Positions 8,921 through 17,578 of a stretch of DNA of 64,000 nt are shown here, piece by piece. A program made the position numbers and the translations under genes. The first letter of the stretch is position 1, and each line of letters opens with the position of its first letter. The stretch comes from Candidatus Paceibacter sp. (lineage in GTDB: Bacteria; Patescibacteriota; Patescibacteriia; Magasanikbacterales; UBA922), in the NCBI GenBank assembly GCA_020725175.1, contig DYFM01000004.1:20015-84014 (forward strand), given 5' to 3'. Below the pieces are notes generated by a model. That model had not been told where the DNA came from, did no database searches, and saw nothing but the letters and a program-made list of their open reading frames with translations.

Positions 8921-10110
8921 AAAGCAGGAATGGGTGATGTGTTTGTGTTTGGAAGCTGATTTGGTTCTGTAAGTGAAAGTAACAGGTCTAGAAAATTATG
9001 AAAGTGACCCATGCGTTTGCTCGGTACGCGTGCGGCGATACCTGCTTCAATAATTTCACCAATAAGTTGCCGATAGGACATTCCGTTTCGAGCGGCGGTT
9101 TTGGCAAGTCCAGCTTCAGGATCGAGATCGCAGTTTGGGTTGACATCAATAACATATGGCGTACCGGTGTTATCGAGTCGTATATCAATGCGACTGTAAC
9201 CAGTAAGAAACATTGCTTTGGCTACTGCTTTTGCTGTGTGTTCAATCTGTGCTTGCTCGGTCTTAGTCAGTTGGGCCGCTTCAGACACCGTTCCTTCGTA
9301 TTCCGGAGAACCCGGTACCCATTTACTGGCGTAGGTGACAATTTTTGGAAGATGCGCATGAAGTTTTGAAAAGTTTATTTCTCCTATACCGAGTATTTTT
9401 ACTTGTTTGTGTCCGAGAAGTGAGACAGAAATTTCTCGACCGTCAATAAATTCTTGTACTAGGGCTGCTTGGTTGCATTCTTTCAAAATTTTTTTTACTT
9501 GCTGTTCAAGTTCGTGCTGTGAATATACAACGGAAGCTGATTCAATTCCGGTAGATCCGTCTTCTCGATTAGGTTTGACGATTCGGGGAAATGATTCATA
9601 AACTGGCAATTGTTTCAGCTTTCTTATGAGGTCGGAATGTGGAACAGTGACGTCGTGTTTACGAAGTCTTTCTGTTGTTCGAAATTTGTTGAGACACAGA
9701 GATAGTGTACGAGGATGATTGCCGGTGTAGGGAATATTTGAAGCATGAAGGAGAGAGGCAACACGAGCTTCAAAGCGGGCATCCTTGTTGAGAGACTCAC
9801 ATAAATTAAAAATAAGCGAAGAAGAATTCGCTTGTTGTTTGAGGCATTGTTTTACATCATCGAGAGTTTGAACCGGAACAAGAGAGGTGTTCAGTCCGCA
9901 AATATTTGTCAGAACATCGGAAATATGTTGGGCTACCGAGAGGACACTGGCGCGGGCCGTTTCCCCTTGAAGTATGTCGGACGAACTAAATGGATCTTCC
10001 GGCTCATTTGGTATGTCTGTTGAAGAAGTTGATACGTCAAAATCTTGATTGTACAAGATGGTTACATGAGTTGGATTTTGAATAGACTGAGAGGTGGGTA
10101 CAGGTGACAT
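8917..10110 (-). CDS. D-alanine--D-alanine ligase-like ATP-grasp protein
   Basis: FNLCE, IPYTG, VKPNREDGSTGI, QEFIDGREISV, YSRIDIR and IDVNPNC; lacks the canonical Ddl N-terminal GG.S.EH motif. Confidence 0.85.
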   Translation of the reverse strand: MSPVPTSQSIQNPTHVTILYNQDFDVSTSSTDIPNEPEDPFSSSDILQGETARASVLSVAQHISDVLTNICGLNTSLVPVQTLDDVKQCLKQQANSSSLIFNLCESLNKDARFEARVASLLHASNIPYTGNHPRTLSLCLNKFRTTERLRKHDVTVPHSDLIRKLKQLPVYESFPRIVKPNREDGSTGIESASVVYSQHELEQQVKKILKECNQAALVQEFIDGREISVSLLGHKQVKILGIGEINFSKLHAHLPKIVTYASKWVPGSPEYEGTVSEAAQLTKTEQAQIEHTAKAVAKAMFLTGYSRIDIRLDNTGTPYVIDVNPNCDLDPEAGLAKTAARNGMSYRQLIGEIIEAGIAARVPSKRMGHFHNFLDLLLSLTEPNQLPNTNTSPIPAL

Positions 10111-10351
10111 AGGGTGCCCATCAGGGCAGATAGAATTGGTGTAAAAAATAATAACCGTATTGTAACACGTCGGTAAGCGCTGTCAAGGAGAAAAGTGTTA
10201 TAAAACTTATAAAACTATACCTCCTTCATGTCGGTAAAAAAAGTTTCCTTTGTTTACTGTAGAAAGTGTGTCTCCGTTGTTTTTTCTGTGTGATAGTTTT
10301 ATCTGTTTTGTATGCTTTATCTACTGCTTAGTCCTATGCGTTTTGCATGCT

Positions 10352-11488
10352 TTATACATTGTTTGCTACCACCAACTGCCCACACGCCGCCGCAATATCG
10401 TCTCCCATGGTTTTTCTTTGGGTGACGGTGAGTCCGTGTCGGCGGAGGATGGATTTGAATGTATCAATTCGATCTTGGTGGCTGCGTTCAAATGATTTTC
10501 CCATTACCGGGTTGAGTGGGATGACGTTAATTTTACTCACCGCCGTTTTTTTAATGTATGTTGCCAATTCCTCCGCCAGTTCCGGCGTGTCATTTACCTC
10601 ATTGATAAGTGTATATTCGTAGGTAATGTGATGTTTGCGATTGCCATGTGTTTTATGATATTCATGTGACCAAGCAGCCAATTGCTTCAAAAATTCCGGC
10701 ACAGTGGTCGGTACGATTTCTTCGCGCTTTTTTTGATTGGCACTATGTAAAGAAATGGCAATCCGCACGTCCGGCCACTCCGGATCGGTAAGAAGTTTGG
10801 TAAGTTGGGTTAATATTCCAACTGTGGAGATGGTGATTTTTGTTTTACCGAGGTCGGTATAGGTAAGCCAAGTATGAATAGTTTGTTTTACGTTTTCATA
10901 ATTCGCCAGTGGTTCACCCATTCCCATAAAGACGATGTTCGAGATACGGGTTGATTGAACCTCCCCCAACCCCTCCTTCGAAAGGAGGGGGGATTTGTTT
11001 GTTGGTAAAAGGCTCTGTAGACTCCTCCCCTTGCGAAGGAGAGGATGGGAGTGGTTTCCGTTCAAAAAATACATCCAAAACCGATACTGATCAATAATCT
11101 CATCAGCCAGTAAACTACGTTTCAATCCCATGGTTCCGGTAGCGCAAAAAGTGCAGCGCATGGCACAGCCGATTTGTGAGGAAACACAGATTGTCCACTG
11201 GCCTCTTTTATTGGCCATGAGAACAGTTTCAAAATATTTCCCATCAATGGATTTCAGAATTGCTTTATAAGTATCGTGATTTTTGCTTTCGTAAAGCTTG
11301 AATAAACTTACACTGATCCAAGGTACTTTTTCTTCTAGTTTTTCACGCATTGGTTTGGAAAGTGTTGTAATGTCAGTCCAACTTGTTTTAGTGGGCTCAA
11401 AGAAAGCTTGATTGATTTGTTTCAAACGAAAAGCCGGTTCGGTTGGGAAGAGGTCTTTGATTTGTTGTTCTCGGGAGATGGGTTTCAT
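10352..11488 (-). CDS. rlmN: Dual-specificity RNA methyltransferase RlmN (radical SAM) with a ~33-aa repeat-derived insertion
   Basis: CVSSQIGCAMRCTFCATG, FMGMGEP, ISLHS, NVIPLNP, DIAAACGQL. Confidence 0.93.
   Translation of the reverse strand: MKPISREQQIKDLFPTEPAFRLKQINQAFFEPTKTSWTDITTLSKPMREKLEEKVPWISVSLFKLYESKNHDTYKAILKSIDGKYFETVLMANKRGQWTICVSSQIGCAMRCTFCATGTMGLKRSLLADEIIDQYRFWMYFLNGNHSHPLLRKGRSLQSLLPTNKSPLLSKEGLGEVQSTRISNIVFMGMGEPLANYENVKQTIHTWLTYTDLGKTKITISTVGILTQLTKLLTDPEWPDVRIAISLHSANQKKREEIVPTTVPEFLKQLAAWSHEYHKTHGNRKHHITYEYTLINEVNDTPELAEELATYIKKTAVSKINVIPLNPVMGKSFERSHQDRIDTFKSILRRHGLTVTQRKTMGDDIAAACGQLVVANNV
10958..11056. repeat. Inverted doublet of a ~33-bp REP-like hairpin, in frame inside rlmN
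   Basis: aacctcccccaacccctccttcgaaaggagggg (10958-10990); the reverse complement of 11024-11056 is aaccactcccatcctctccttcgcaaggggagg. Confidence 0.85.
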
Positions 11489-11511
11489 GTTAAGTTAACA
11501 GTGAAGTATCT

Positions 11512-11862
11512 TTAGTGAGTAGGTTTTTTGGGCGCCTTTGATAGTACACTATAAGAATCAGCTTCTAGTTGTTGAAGATTATTAATTTGTTTTTTTAATT
11601 CCACAAGATTTTCTCCTATACGAATAAAAATGTCCAGCTTGCGGTTTATATTTTCACGAAGCTGTTGCGTTACAGAAGAAAAAACAGTGCTTTCTTTTAA
11701 CTGTTCCTGCTGTTCTGTGGACAAAATGTTTAGCTGACTTTTTAGTTCAATAACCTGTTCGCCGAGCTTCTTTGCTTCATTTTGAAGATAGGTGAACCGC
11801 TCAATGAGATGATCTATTTGTTCTTGATAGGCTGAATAGTATTTTGGCTTTTCTGGGTTTAT
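11512..11862 (-). CDS. Hypothetical coiled-coil protein; frame is open from an ATA codon (possible degenerate start or pseudogene)
   Basis: Frame open from 11862: (I/M)NPEKPKYYSAYQEQIDHLIERFTYLQNEAKKLGEQVIELKSQLNILSTEQ...; the ORF track shows only the last 70 aa. Confidence 0.45.
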   Translation of the reverse strand: MNPEKPKYYSAYQEQIDHLIERFTYLQNEAKKLGEQVIELKSQLNILSTEQQEQLKESTVFSSVTQQLRENINRKLDIFIRIGENLVELKKQINNLQQLEADSYSVLSKAPKKPTH

Positions 11863-11885
11863 ATATTTTTGTTATCAGTGTTATT

Positions 11886-13604
11886 TTACCACCCTCCACC
11901 TCCACCGCCACCCCCGCCACCACCAGAGAATCCACCGCCACCGGAACCGGATTTTGGAGAGACAGAGGATGAGATAGAGGAGCTGAGTGAACTTATTGAT
12001 GAGGAGAATGTATCAAGGGAAAATTCTCGACCGGGAACTCCCGTAAACCAGACCGGGTGGTAGTTTTGAATAAATTCTTTGCCGTAGATTTGTTTCATAG
12101 CTTTGATCCACTTTTTGGTCATGTCAAACATGATAGCATATGGAAGCAATTCTTCAAACAGTCCCTCTTTTTCAAAAAATATTTGTCTATGTTTCTCGGC
12201 TGTATTCATAAACATTTTGAACCCTTTTCCTTTCCACTCAAGTTCCGCTCCATAGAGAGTCTTTTTTGGCATGATAATTGAAATAACTAAAAATATCAAC
12301 GCCGAAACAAAGCCACTGCCGATGATCAAAAATGGTTGGTCATCACCAAAAAAAACCGTCGAAAAGATTGTGATAAAAAAGAGAAACACAGCTATGACGG
12401 CCGAAATAATTTGCCAACGAAAGCCGGACGCTTCAAAGATGTTTTTTTGTTTTAGTTCTTTTTTTACCTGTGTTTGAATAGCGGAAACAGTTGAAGTGAG
12501 TTTGGTTGAAGAGCCGGATATTGAGACGGTCGCTTTGTTTCCGAATAGTTTTTCGATAAGAGTCGTTTCAGCACTCGTAGTGTTTTTTTGGCTTACATTT
12601 TCAGTACGAGTAAACGTGTAGCTTCCTTTTTTCTTTTGTTCAGTAATGGTTATGATGCCGCGGCGAGCTAGATCAATAATCGTGGCGGTGACAAACCGAT
12701 GGTGGAGCTTTCCATTTTCCATGATCATTCCGAGTTCTAGTGGTGGTAATTGTTCGGGGGGTTCGTATTCGGGGATAATCGGTTTTCTCAGATTGGGATC
12801 ATCACCATACCGTTTCCATATCACAAGACAGATAATAATACTAAGCAAAGGTAAAAGAAGCCAAAGATATTGCCCGTATAATTGCCACCAGGTAAACTGA
12901 TACGGTGTGACAATTCCTTTTGGCATGGTCACTGAAACAGTAATACCTTCACGAACTGTCAGTGGTCGAGTCGCGGTAACCTCGAGAGTGTCAGTATCAA
13001 TCCAGCGGAAGTTGGCGAGAGAATTCATGTTGTCCCCATACTGCCCACTGTAAAGATTTACTTCGCTCCCTTCGTTTTTAAAGCCGGAAGGAAAGTTGAT
13101 GGTGGCGGTAAAGGCATCAGTTTCAATATCCCAAAAGTTGCCGTTTAGGTTCCAAAAAAATTCATCAAATGTATCACTGTCGGTTCGAATAACATTACCA
13201 ACAGTATAGTGAATACGATATTTGTTTTCTCCTTGCACAGTCTTATCCGGAGAGCCAATTTTCCAGGTGATGGTTCCGGGATTTTTTATAGTTGAGTAGG
13301 GATGAGTATGTTCACTGAAGTCTGTGATTGTGTGAAGTTTTATGGGTGTTTGTACTATTGTTCCTTCGATATTCATTTGAGTGGGTAGAATGCGAAAAAT
13401 GCCGTGTTTATCCGGGAGTGTTCCAGCGTTTGCGATAATGTGTTCTGTAATCGTGGCTGTAGAATTTGGGTGGAGGTCAATGGTTGTCTCAAAATCTTTA
13501 ATATACCAATCGGAAATTACTGTTCTTTCTGCAGATACTGGTTTCCAGATGAATAGACTCGCACCAACAAGTATAGACAGTGTGAGGAGGTGAGATATTT
13601 TCAT
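11886..13604 (-). CDS. DUF2207 domain membrane protein
   Basis: Signal peptide, KHGIFR, DEFFWN, EGITV, TM helices, FEELLPYAIMF and C-terminal SGSGGGGFSGGGGGGGGGGGW. Confidence 0.9.
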   Translation of the reverse strand: MKISHLLTLSILVGASLFIWKPVSAERTVISDWYIKDFETTIDLHPNSTATITEHIIANAGTLPDKHGIFRILPTQMNIEGTIVQTPIKLHTITDFSEHTHPYSTIKNPGTITWKIGSPDKTVQGENKYRIHYTVGNVIRTDSDTFDEFFWNLNGNFWDIETDAFTATINFPSGFKNEGSEVNLYSGQYGDNMNSLANFRWIDTDTLEVTATRPLTVREGITVSVTMPKGIVTPYQFTWWQLYGQYLWLLLPLLSIIICLVIWKRYGDDPNLRKPIIPEYEPPEQLPPLELGMIMENGKLHHRFVTATIIDLARRGIITITEQKKKGSYTFTRTENVSQKNTTSAETTLIEKLFGNKATVSISGSSTKLTSTVSAIQTQVKKELKQKNIFEASGFRWQIISAVIAVFLFFITIFSTVFFGDDQPFLIIGSGFVSALIFLVISIIMPKKTLYGAELEWKGKGFKMFMNTAEKHRQIFFEKEGLFEELLPYAIMFDMTKKWIKAMKQIYGKEFIQNYHPVWFTGVPGREFSLDTFSSSISSLSSSISSSVSPKSGSGGGGFSGGGGGGGGGGGW

Positions 13605-13605
13605 A

Positions 13606-14364
13606 TTAGTCGGTGTCGGGTAAAGAGATGGATGCGACAAGTGGTAAATGATCTGAGACGTCTATATCTAGGCAGGCTGCGGAATGAACTGTAAGAGTGG
13701 GACTGGTAAATAGCATATCTACTGCCGCGTCGGCAAAGCCTGGATGCGTCTTTTGCCTCATGTTGAAGGTTGATTTGAGTGTTTCGCCAAAAACACTTGG
13801 TAATACTGCGTCAATACGTTTGGCCGATTCCGTATGTGGTTTCATATTGGTGTCTCCGGACAGAATGACATGTGGTTTATCTTGTATCTCATTGATAATC
13901 GTTTCACTCATCTGAAGGCGACGCGGGTTGTCTTCACCGTCAACTCCCCAAATCCCATGCCAACTGTAGACAAAAAGTTGTTTCGTGTTTATCGCAACTT
14001 CGGCCCGGCACATGTTTCTAGGGAAAAATTCCGCATCCTCCACGGTGCTGCTTGAAACCCCAAATGGGACATCAAAAAAGACAGGGGAATGGGACGTGAT
14101 TGGAAAACGGGAAAATACCGCATTACCCATTTCTGTATTAGATTTTTTATCAATAGCTGCCGGAGCAAATACCGCTTGGTGGTCAGGAAAAAGTTTTTGC
14201 AGTTCGTCAAAAGAACGTAATTGTTTACTAGAACTGAGGTCATGTCCATCGTACACTTCTTGAAATGCCATAATGTCGGCATTTTGTTCTAGGAGAAATT
14301 CGATCATGGTATCCCAAAGCTTTCCTCCGAGCCAAATATTCAACGAAAGATAAGAAATTTTCAT
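13606..14364 (-). CDS. Endonuclease/exonuclease/phosphatase family protein
   Basis: SLNI, AFQEV, GNAVFSRFPI, GDTN and SDHLP motifs. Confidence 0.88.
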   Translation of the reverse strand: MKISYLSLNIWLGGKLWDTMIEFLLEQNADIMAFQEVYDGHDLSSSKQLRSFDELQKLFPDHQAVFAPAAIDKKSNTEMGNAVFSRFPITSHSPVFFDVPFGVSSSTVEDAEFFPRNMCRAEVAINTKQLFVYSWHGIWGVDGEDNPRRLQMSETIINEIQDKPHVILSGDTNMKPHTESAKRIDAVLPSVFGETLKSTFNMRQKTHPGFADAAVDMLFTSPTLTVHSAACLDIDVSDHLPLVASISLPDTD

Positions 14365-14453
14365 ATACAGAAACAGTTAGAGTACTTCCAATGGTAGTAT
14401 ATCACGGTTTTGGAATAAGAAACAAAAACCGCCGATAAACGGCGGCTTTGGGG

Positions 14454-15392
14454 TTAGTCGAGGAGAGGGGTAGGTTTCTCTCTCTCTTTTGGATATAGGT
14501 CCGGATCAATGGTGCGCTCAAAACAGTGTCTTCCGGCCGGATGATCCCAATTTGCTTGGTAGGGATCAAAATAAATAGGACGAGGGGCGGTCGGAGATTT
14601 TTCAGCTACATTTCGTTCATGAGTAAAAGTAGCACAGAGTTCAAAGGTGAGCGGCTCTATTACTGTATATTCATATGCATTCCCTGTTTCCGGATCGGTT
14701 GGTGGTGTAAAACCGGTGATAGAATTTTTCAGATCTGAAAGTTGTTCGGGAAGAGTATCTTTTTGATTCCAGTACCCAATAATTTCACTTTGGAGCATTT
14801 GCAAATCTTGTACACGTTGTTCGTCAAGGCGTTTGGCGCGTTGTTCTCCCGGCGTGCCAATGATAAAAAAACCAGCCACAATAGCAATAAGAATGAAAAG
14901 GGAGGTGGTAATACCAAATATCTGATTAATGTTGCGAGACAGCCCGTTTTGTTTGATGTCAGAAAGATAATATCCAAACACACCAACCGCTACAATGAGA
15001 ACACTAAGGACTTTGAGAGAAAAGCGCATGGTCAGCTCGCCACCAAGAAAATTGTAGAGAAGTGAAATGAGATCGATGATAATCGTAACCGCTGCGACAA
15101 AAAGGGTGAGATAGGTGAGCCATTTACGAATTTTCAAATCGCGTTTTTCCGGCTCTTTACGAGTTTCTTTGTTCAGTTGCCAAGTAAGAAAAAGAAAAAC
15201 CGGCCAAGCAATGATGAGTGAAGCCATAGAACGACGTATCGTGTCGGTGGTACTAATGTATGAGTAGTACAGCTGGTCCGGATAGAGCGCATTGACGTAT
15301 TGAAATAATAAAGCAATAAAACTAATAACACCGATGTAGAGAGTGACAAACGTGAGAAGATACATGAAGACGTCTTTGGGGGTGGATTTCAT
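14454..15392 (-). CDS. DUF5671-like membrane protein (common in CPR)
   Basis: PKDVFMYL, IRKWLTYLTLF, NFLGGELT.RF, GTP..QR..RLD.QRV.DL and FELCATF motifs. Confidence 0.75.
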   Translation of the reverse strand: MKSTPKDVFMYLLTFVTLYIGVISFIALLFQYVNALYPDQLYYSYISTTDTIRRSMASLIIAWPVFLFLTWQLNKETRKEPEKRDLKIRKWLTYLTLFVAAVTIIIDLISLLYNFLGGELTMRFSLKVLSVLIVAVGVFGYYLSDIKQNGLSRNINQIFGITTSLFILIAIVAGFFIIGTPGEQRAKRLDEQRVQDLQMLQSEIIGYWNQKDTLPEQLSDLKNSITGFTPPTDPETGNAYEYTVIEPLTFELCATFTHERNVAEKSPTAPRPIYFDPYQANWDHPAGRHCFERTIDPDLYPKEREKPTPLLD

Positions 15393-15397
15393 ACTTC

Positions 15398-15553
15398 AAA
15401 GGCTTATGAGGCTTCCTAGGCTTACAAGGCCTACGAGGCACTTTAAATACGTATTGAATGTAGTTTGAGATATTGAAAAATAGAAACTTGAAATGTGGGT
15501 TTTTGAATAACAAGTCAACTTGTTACCCTGCCAACTTGTAAACTTTTCAACGT
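15398..15553. repeat. Stack of three degenerate tandem arrays (9-bp AGGCTTNNN, 8-bp TTGAAANN, 8-bp CAACTTGT)
   Basis: aaggcttatgaggcttcctaggcttacaaggcctacgaggc; ttgagatattgaaaaatagaaacttgaaa; gtcaacttgttaccctgccaacttgtaaacttttcaac. Confidence 0.6.
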
Positions 15554-15636
15554 AGGTATCATAACAAATTGCGGAGGAAAATAAAACGGCTATTCAGGAA
15601 TGTTGGGATCGTTCTTTGGGTTTTGGGTTTTACAGT

Positions 15637-15726
15637 GGACTGATGAATTGAGCCGAGGCGAAATTCGTCTGGTATTACTTTGTTTATTTTATTGACGAAT
15701 TTCCTTGTGACTCAATTCGTCATTCC
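15637..15726. mobile_element. MITE/REPIN-like element with 33-bp imperfect terminal inverted repeats, copy 1
   Basis: GGACTGATGAATTGAGCCGAGGCGAAATTCGTC ... GACGAATTTCCTTGTGACTCAATTCGTCATTCC; second copy at 20319-20430. Confidence 0.6.
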
Positions 15727-15786
15727 CTTGGTTTCTATTAGTATGTATACGTTTTATGGTGGTGGTTGGTAACAAGGAGATGTTTG

Positions 15787-15883
15787 ACACATCACCCTTG
15801 CCCTTTCCTAAAAGGAGAGGGAATTGAGGTGAAGTGTCAGTCCCCTTCTCCTTTTAGGAGAAGGGGCGAGGGGATGAGGTGTC
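15787..15883. repeat. Inverted doublet of the REP-like (cc.tcct-nnn-aggag.gg) hairpin; one copy supplies the GH1 C-terminus and stop codon
   Basis: acacatcacccttgccctttcctaaaaggagaggga ... tccccttctccttttaggagaaggggcgaggggatgaggtgt. Confidence 0.75.
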
Positions 15884-17095
15884 AATCCCATTCTTCCGAA
15901 TTATCTCTCGATACAAATACGCCGACGGTCTTGGTTTTCGCTCCAGCGTCTCATAATCAATCTCAACCAATCCAAATCGCGGCCAAAACCCTTCGGCCCA
16001 TTCGAAGTTGTCCATAAATGACCAGTGGAGATACCCACGAACATCTGCACCGTCTTGAATGGCACGGTGCACTTGCTTTAGTGATTCTACGAGAAACCAA
16101 GGTCGTTTTTCGTCTGTTCTGTCAGCCAATCCATTTTCGGTGATGTAGATTGGTTTGTTATATCTTTTAGCGATCATGAGCACATGATACATGGCTTCCG
16201 GATAGAGCTCCCAACCTAGGTCAGAAGTTTTTTTATTTTCATTATCAGGAGTGAATAAACTACCATTGATTCGGTGGTGAAAATAATGGTTGACGCCAAT
16301 GAAATCTTGGTGGGGTTTAATTTGGTTGAGAAAAAATGTGTTGCTCCACCAGTTGGCAAGTTTTGAGAGAATGAGATTGAGCGGTTTATGGTTGGCGGGT
16401 TCGATAAATTGCATGTTGTGCGCAATACCAACCTGAGATTTGTGATTTATTGTTTTGATAGTTTGATAGGCAACTTTGTGGGTGGCAATGAGGCGACGTT
16501 TAACTCTCAAGTATGAAAGAATATTTTTTTCTTCCGGAGGCCAAATACCTTGTTGATGAGAAAGCGCGGAAATGATAGTGGGTTCGTTGAGGGTGATCCA
16601 AAACGTAACATCATCTTTGAGGTACGATACGACTTTTTCAACATACCGATTGAAATACCCAACACTTTTTTTGTGTTTCCATCCACCTTGTTTGTCGAGC
16701 CACAATGGAATTGGCCAATGATAGAGTGTAACAAATGGTTCCATGCCGTGTTGCCGCAAGGTTTTTATGACGTCTTTATAATGTTCGAGTTCAAATTCAT
16801 TGAAGACCCCTTCTTCTGGTTCAATCCGGGACCATTCAATAGAAAAACGATGAGCCATGTGGCCGAGTTCTTTGGCGAGGGCAAAATCTTCCTTGTATCT
16901 CGTGTAGTGATCGCACGCAACGTCGGACAAAAAATTCTCATAGCCGTGTTTGTCGATATGACCTTGATCGTGAAGAAATTGTTTGCGCTTGGCCGAGCGT
17001 TCCCATTCGGTCCAGTTGTTGCAGAGGTTTCCCTCTACTTGGTGGGCGGAGGTAGAGGCGCCCCAGAAAAATCCTGTGGGGAAGTTTAAAGGCAT
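15854..17095 (-). CDS. Glycoside hydrolase family 1 (beta-glucosidase-like)
   Basis: FPTGFFWGASTSAHQVEG, RFSIEWSRIEP, acid/base TLNEP, nucleophile ITENG, WSFMDNFEWAEG. Confidence 0.93.
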   Translation of the reverse strand: MPLNFPTGFFWGASTSAHQVEGNLCNNWTEWERSAKRKQFLHDQGHIDKHGYENFLSDVACDHYTRYKEDFALAKELGHMAHRFSIEWSRIEPEEGVFNEFELEHYKDVIKTLRQHGMEPFVTLYHWPIPLWLDKQGGWKHKKSVGYFNRYVEKVVSYLKDDVTFWITLNEPTIISALSHQQGIWPPEEKNILSYLRVKRRLIATHKVAYQTIKTINHKSQVGIAHNMQFIEPANHKPLNLILSKLANWWSNTFFLNQIKPHQDFIGVNHYFHHRINGSLFTPDNENKKTSDLGWELYPEAMYHVLMIAKRYNKPIYITENGLADRTDEKRPWFLVESLKQVHRAIQDGADVRGYLHWSFMDNFEWAEGFWPRFGLVEIDYETLERKPRPSAYLYREIIRKNGIDTSSPRPFS

Positions 17096-17175
17096 AATTG
17101 TAAAGTTTAAAGTTGGTGGTTTAGAGTGAGTACCAATATTAATATCATCTTTTGACTTTTATATCGGCATAGGAA

Positions 17176-17240
17176 CCTACCAACTTTCTAACTTGCCAAC
17201 TTGCCAACTTGTCAACTTGTAAACCTGCTAACTTACCAAT
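17176..17240. repeat. Degenerate 8-bp tandem array (CTTGCCAA)
   Basis: cctaccaa ctttctaa cttgccaa cttgccaa cttgtcaa cttgtaaa cctgctaa cttaccaa. Confidence 0.8.
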
Positions 17241-17485
17241 CAACTCAACTCCTTCCCACTATCGTCTACCACATGAATACATGATACCGGGCAATGAACG
17301 GCGGCGTCAACGTTTTCTTCGACGTCTTCCTCGATGATAGCTTGAACATGAGTCTTGCCTTTGAGCTGACCTTTTTTGAGTACTGCCTTACCGAGGCTGT
17401 CGTTCAGCTCCCAATAATTTGGGGCATAGAGAGGGCAGGAGCCACAGCCGATGCAGTCGTCTTGGTAGTGGAGGATTTTGGGCAC
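17240..17485 (-). CDS. Single-cluster ferredoxin
   Basis: CIGCGSC ... CPVSCI; GTG start; immediately downstream of the U32 gene. Confidence 0.85.
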   Translation of the reverse strand: MPKILHYQDDCIGCGSCPLYAPNYWELNDSLGKAVLKKGQLKGKTHVQAIIEEDVEENVDAAVHCPVSCIHVVDDSGKELS

Positions 17486-17500
17486 ATTGATTGTTGTTAA

Positions 17501-17578
17501 TAGACCGCGGATTAGACGGATGAAACGGATAACAACTGATCCGTTTGTATTCGTCCAATTTGTTAGATCTGCGGTCTA
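17501..17578. repeat. ~80-bp element of inverted 9-bp arrays with TAGACCRCRGAT termini, copy 1 (supplies the U32 stop codon)
   Basis: tagaccgcggattagacggatgaaacggat ... atccgtttgtattcgtccaatttgttagatctgcggtcta; similar element at 22109-22188. Confidence 0.6.

Noticed and set aside
11886-11960. Poly-Pro ORF on the plus strand (11869-12063)
   Set aside because: Antisense reading of the Gly-rich C-terminus typical of DUF2207 proteins
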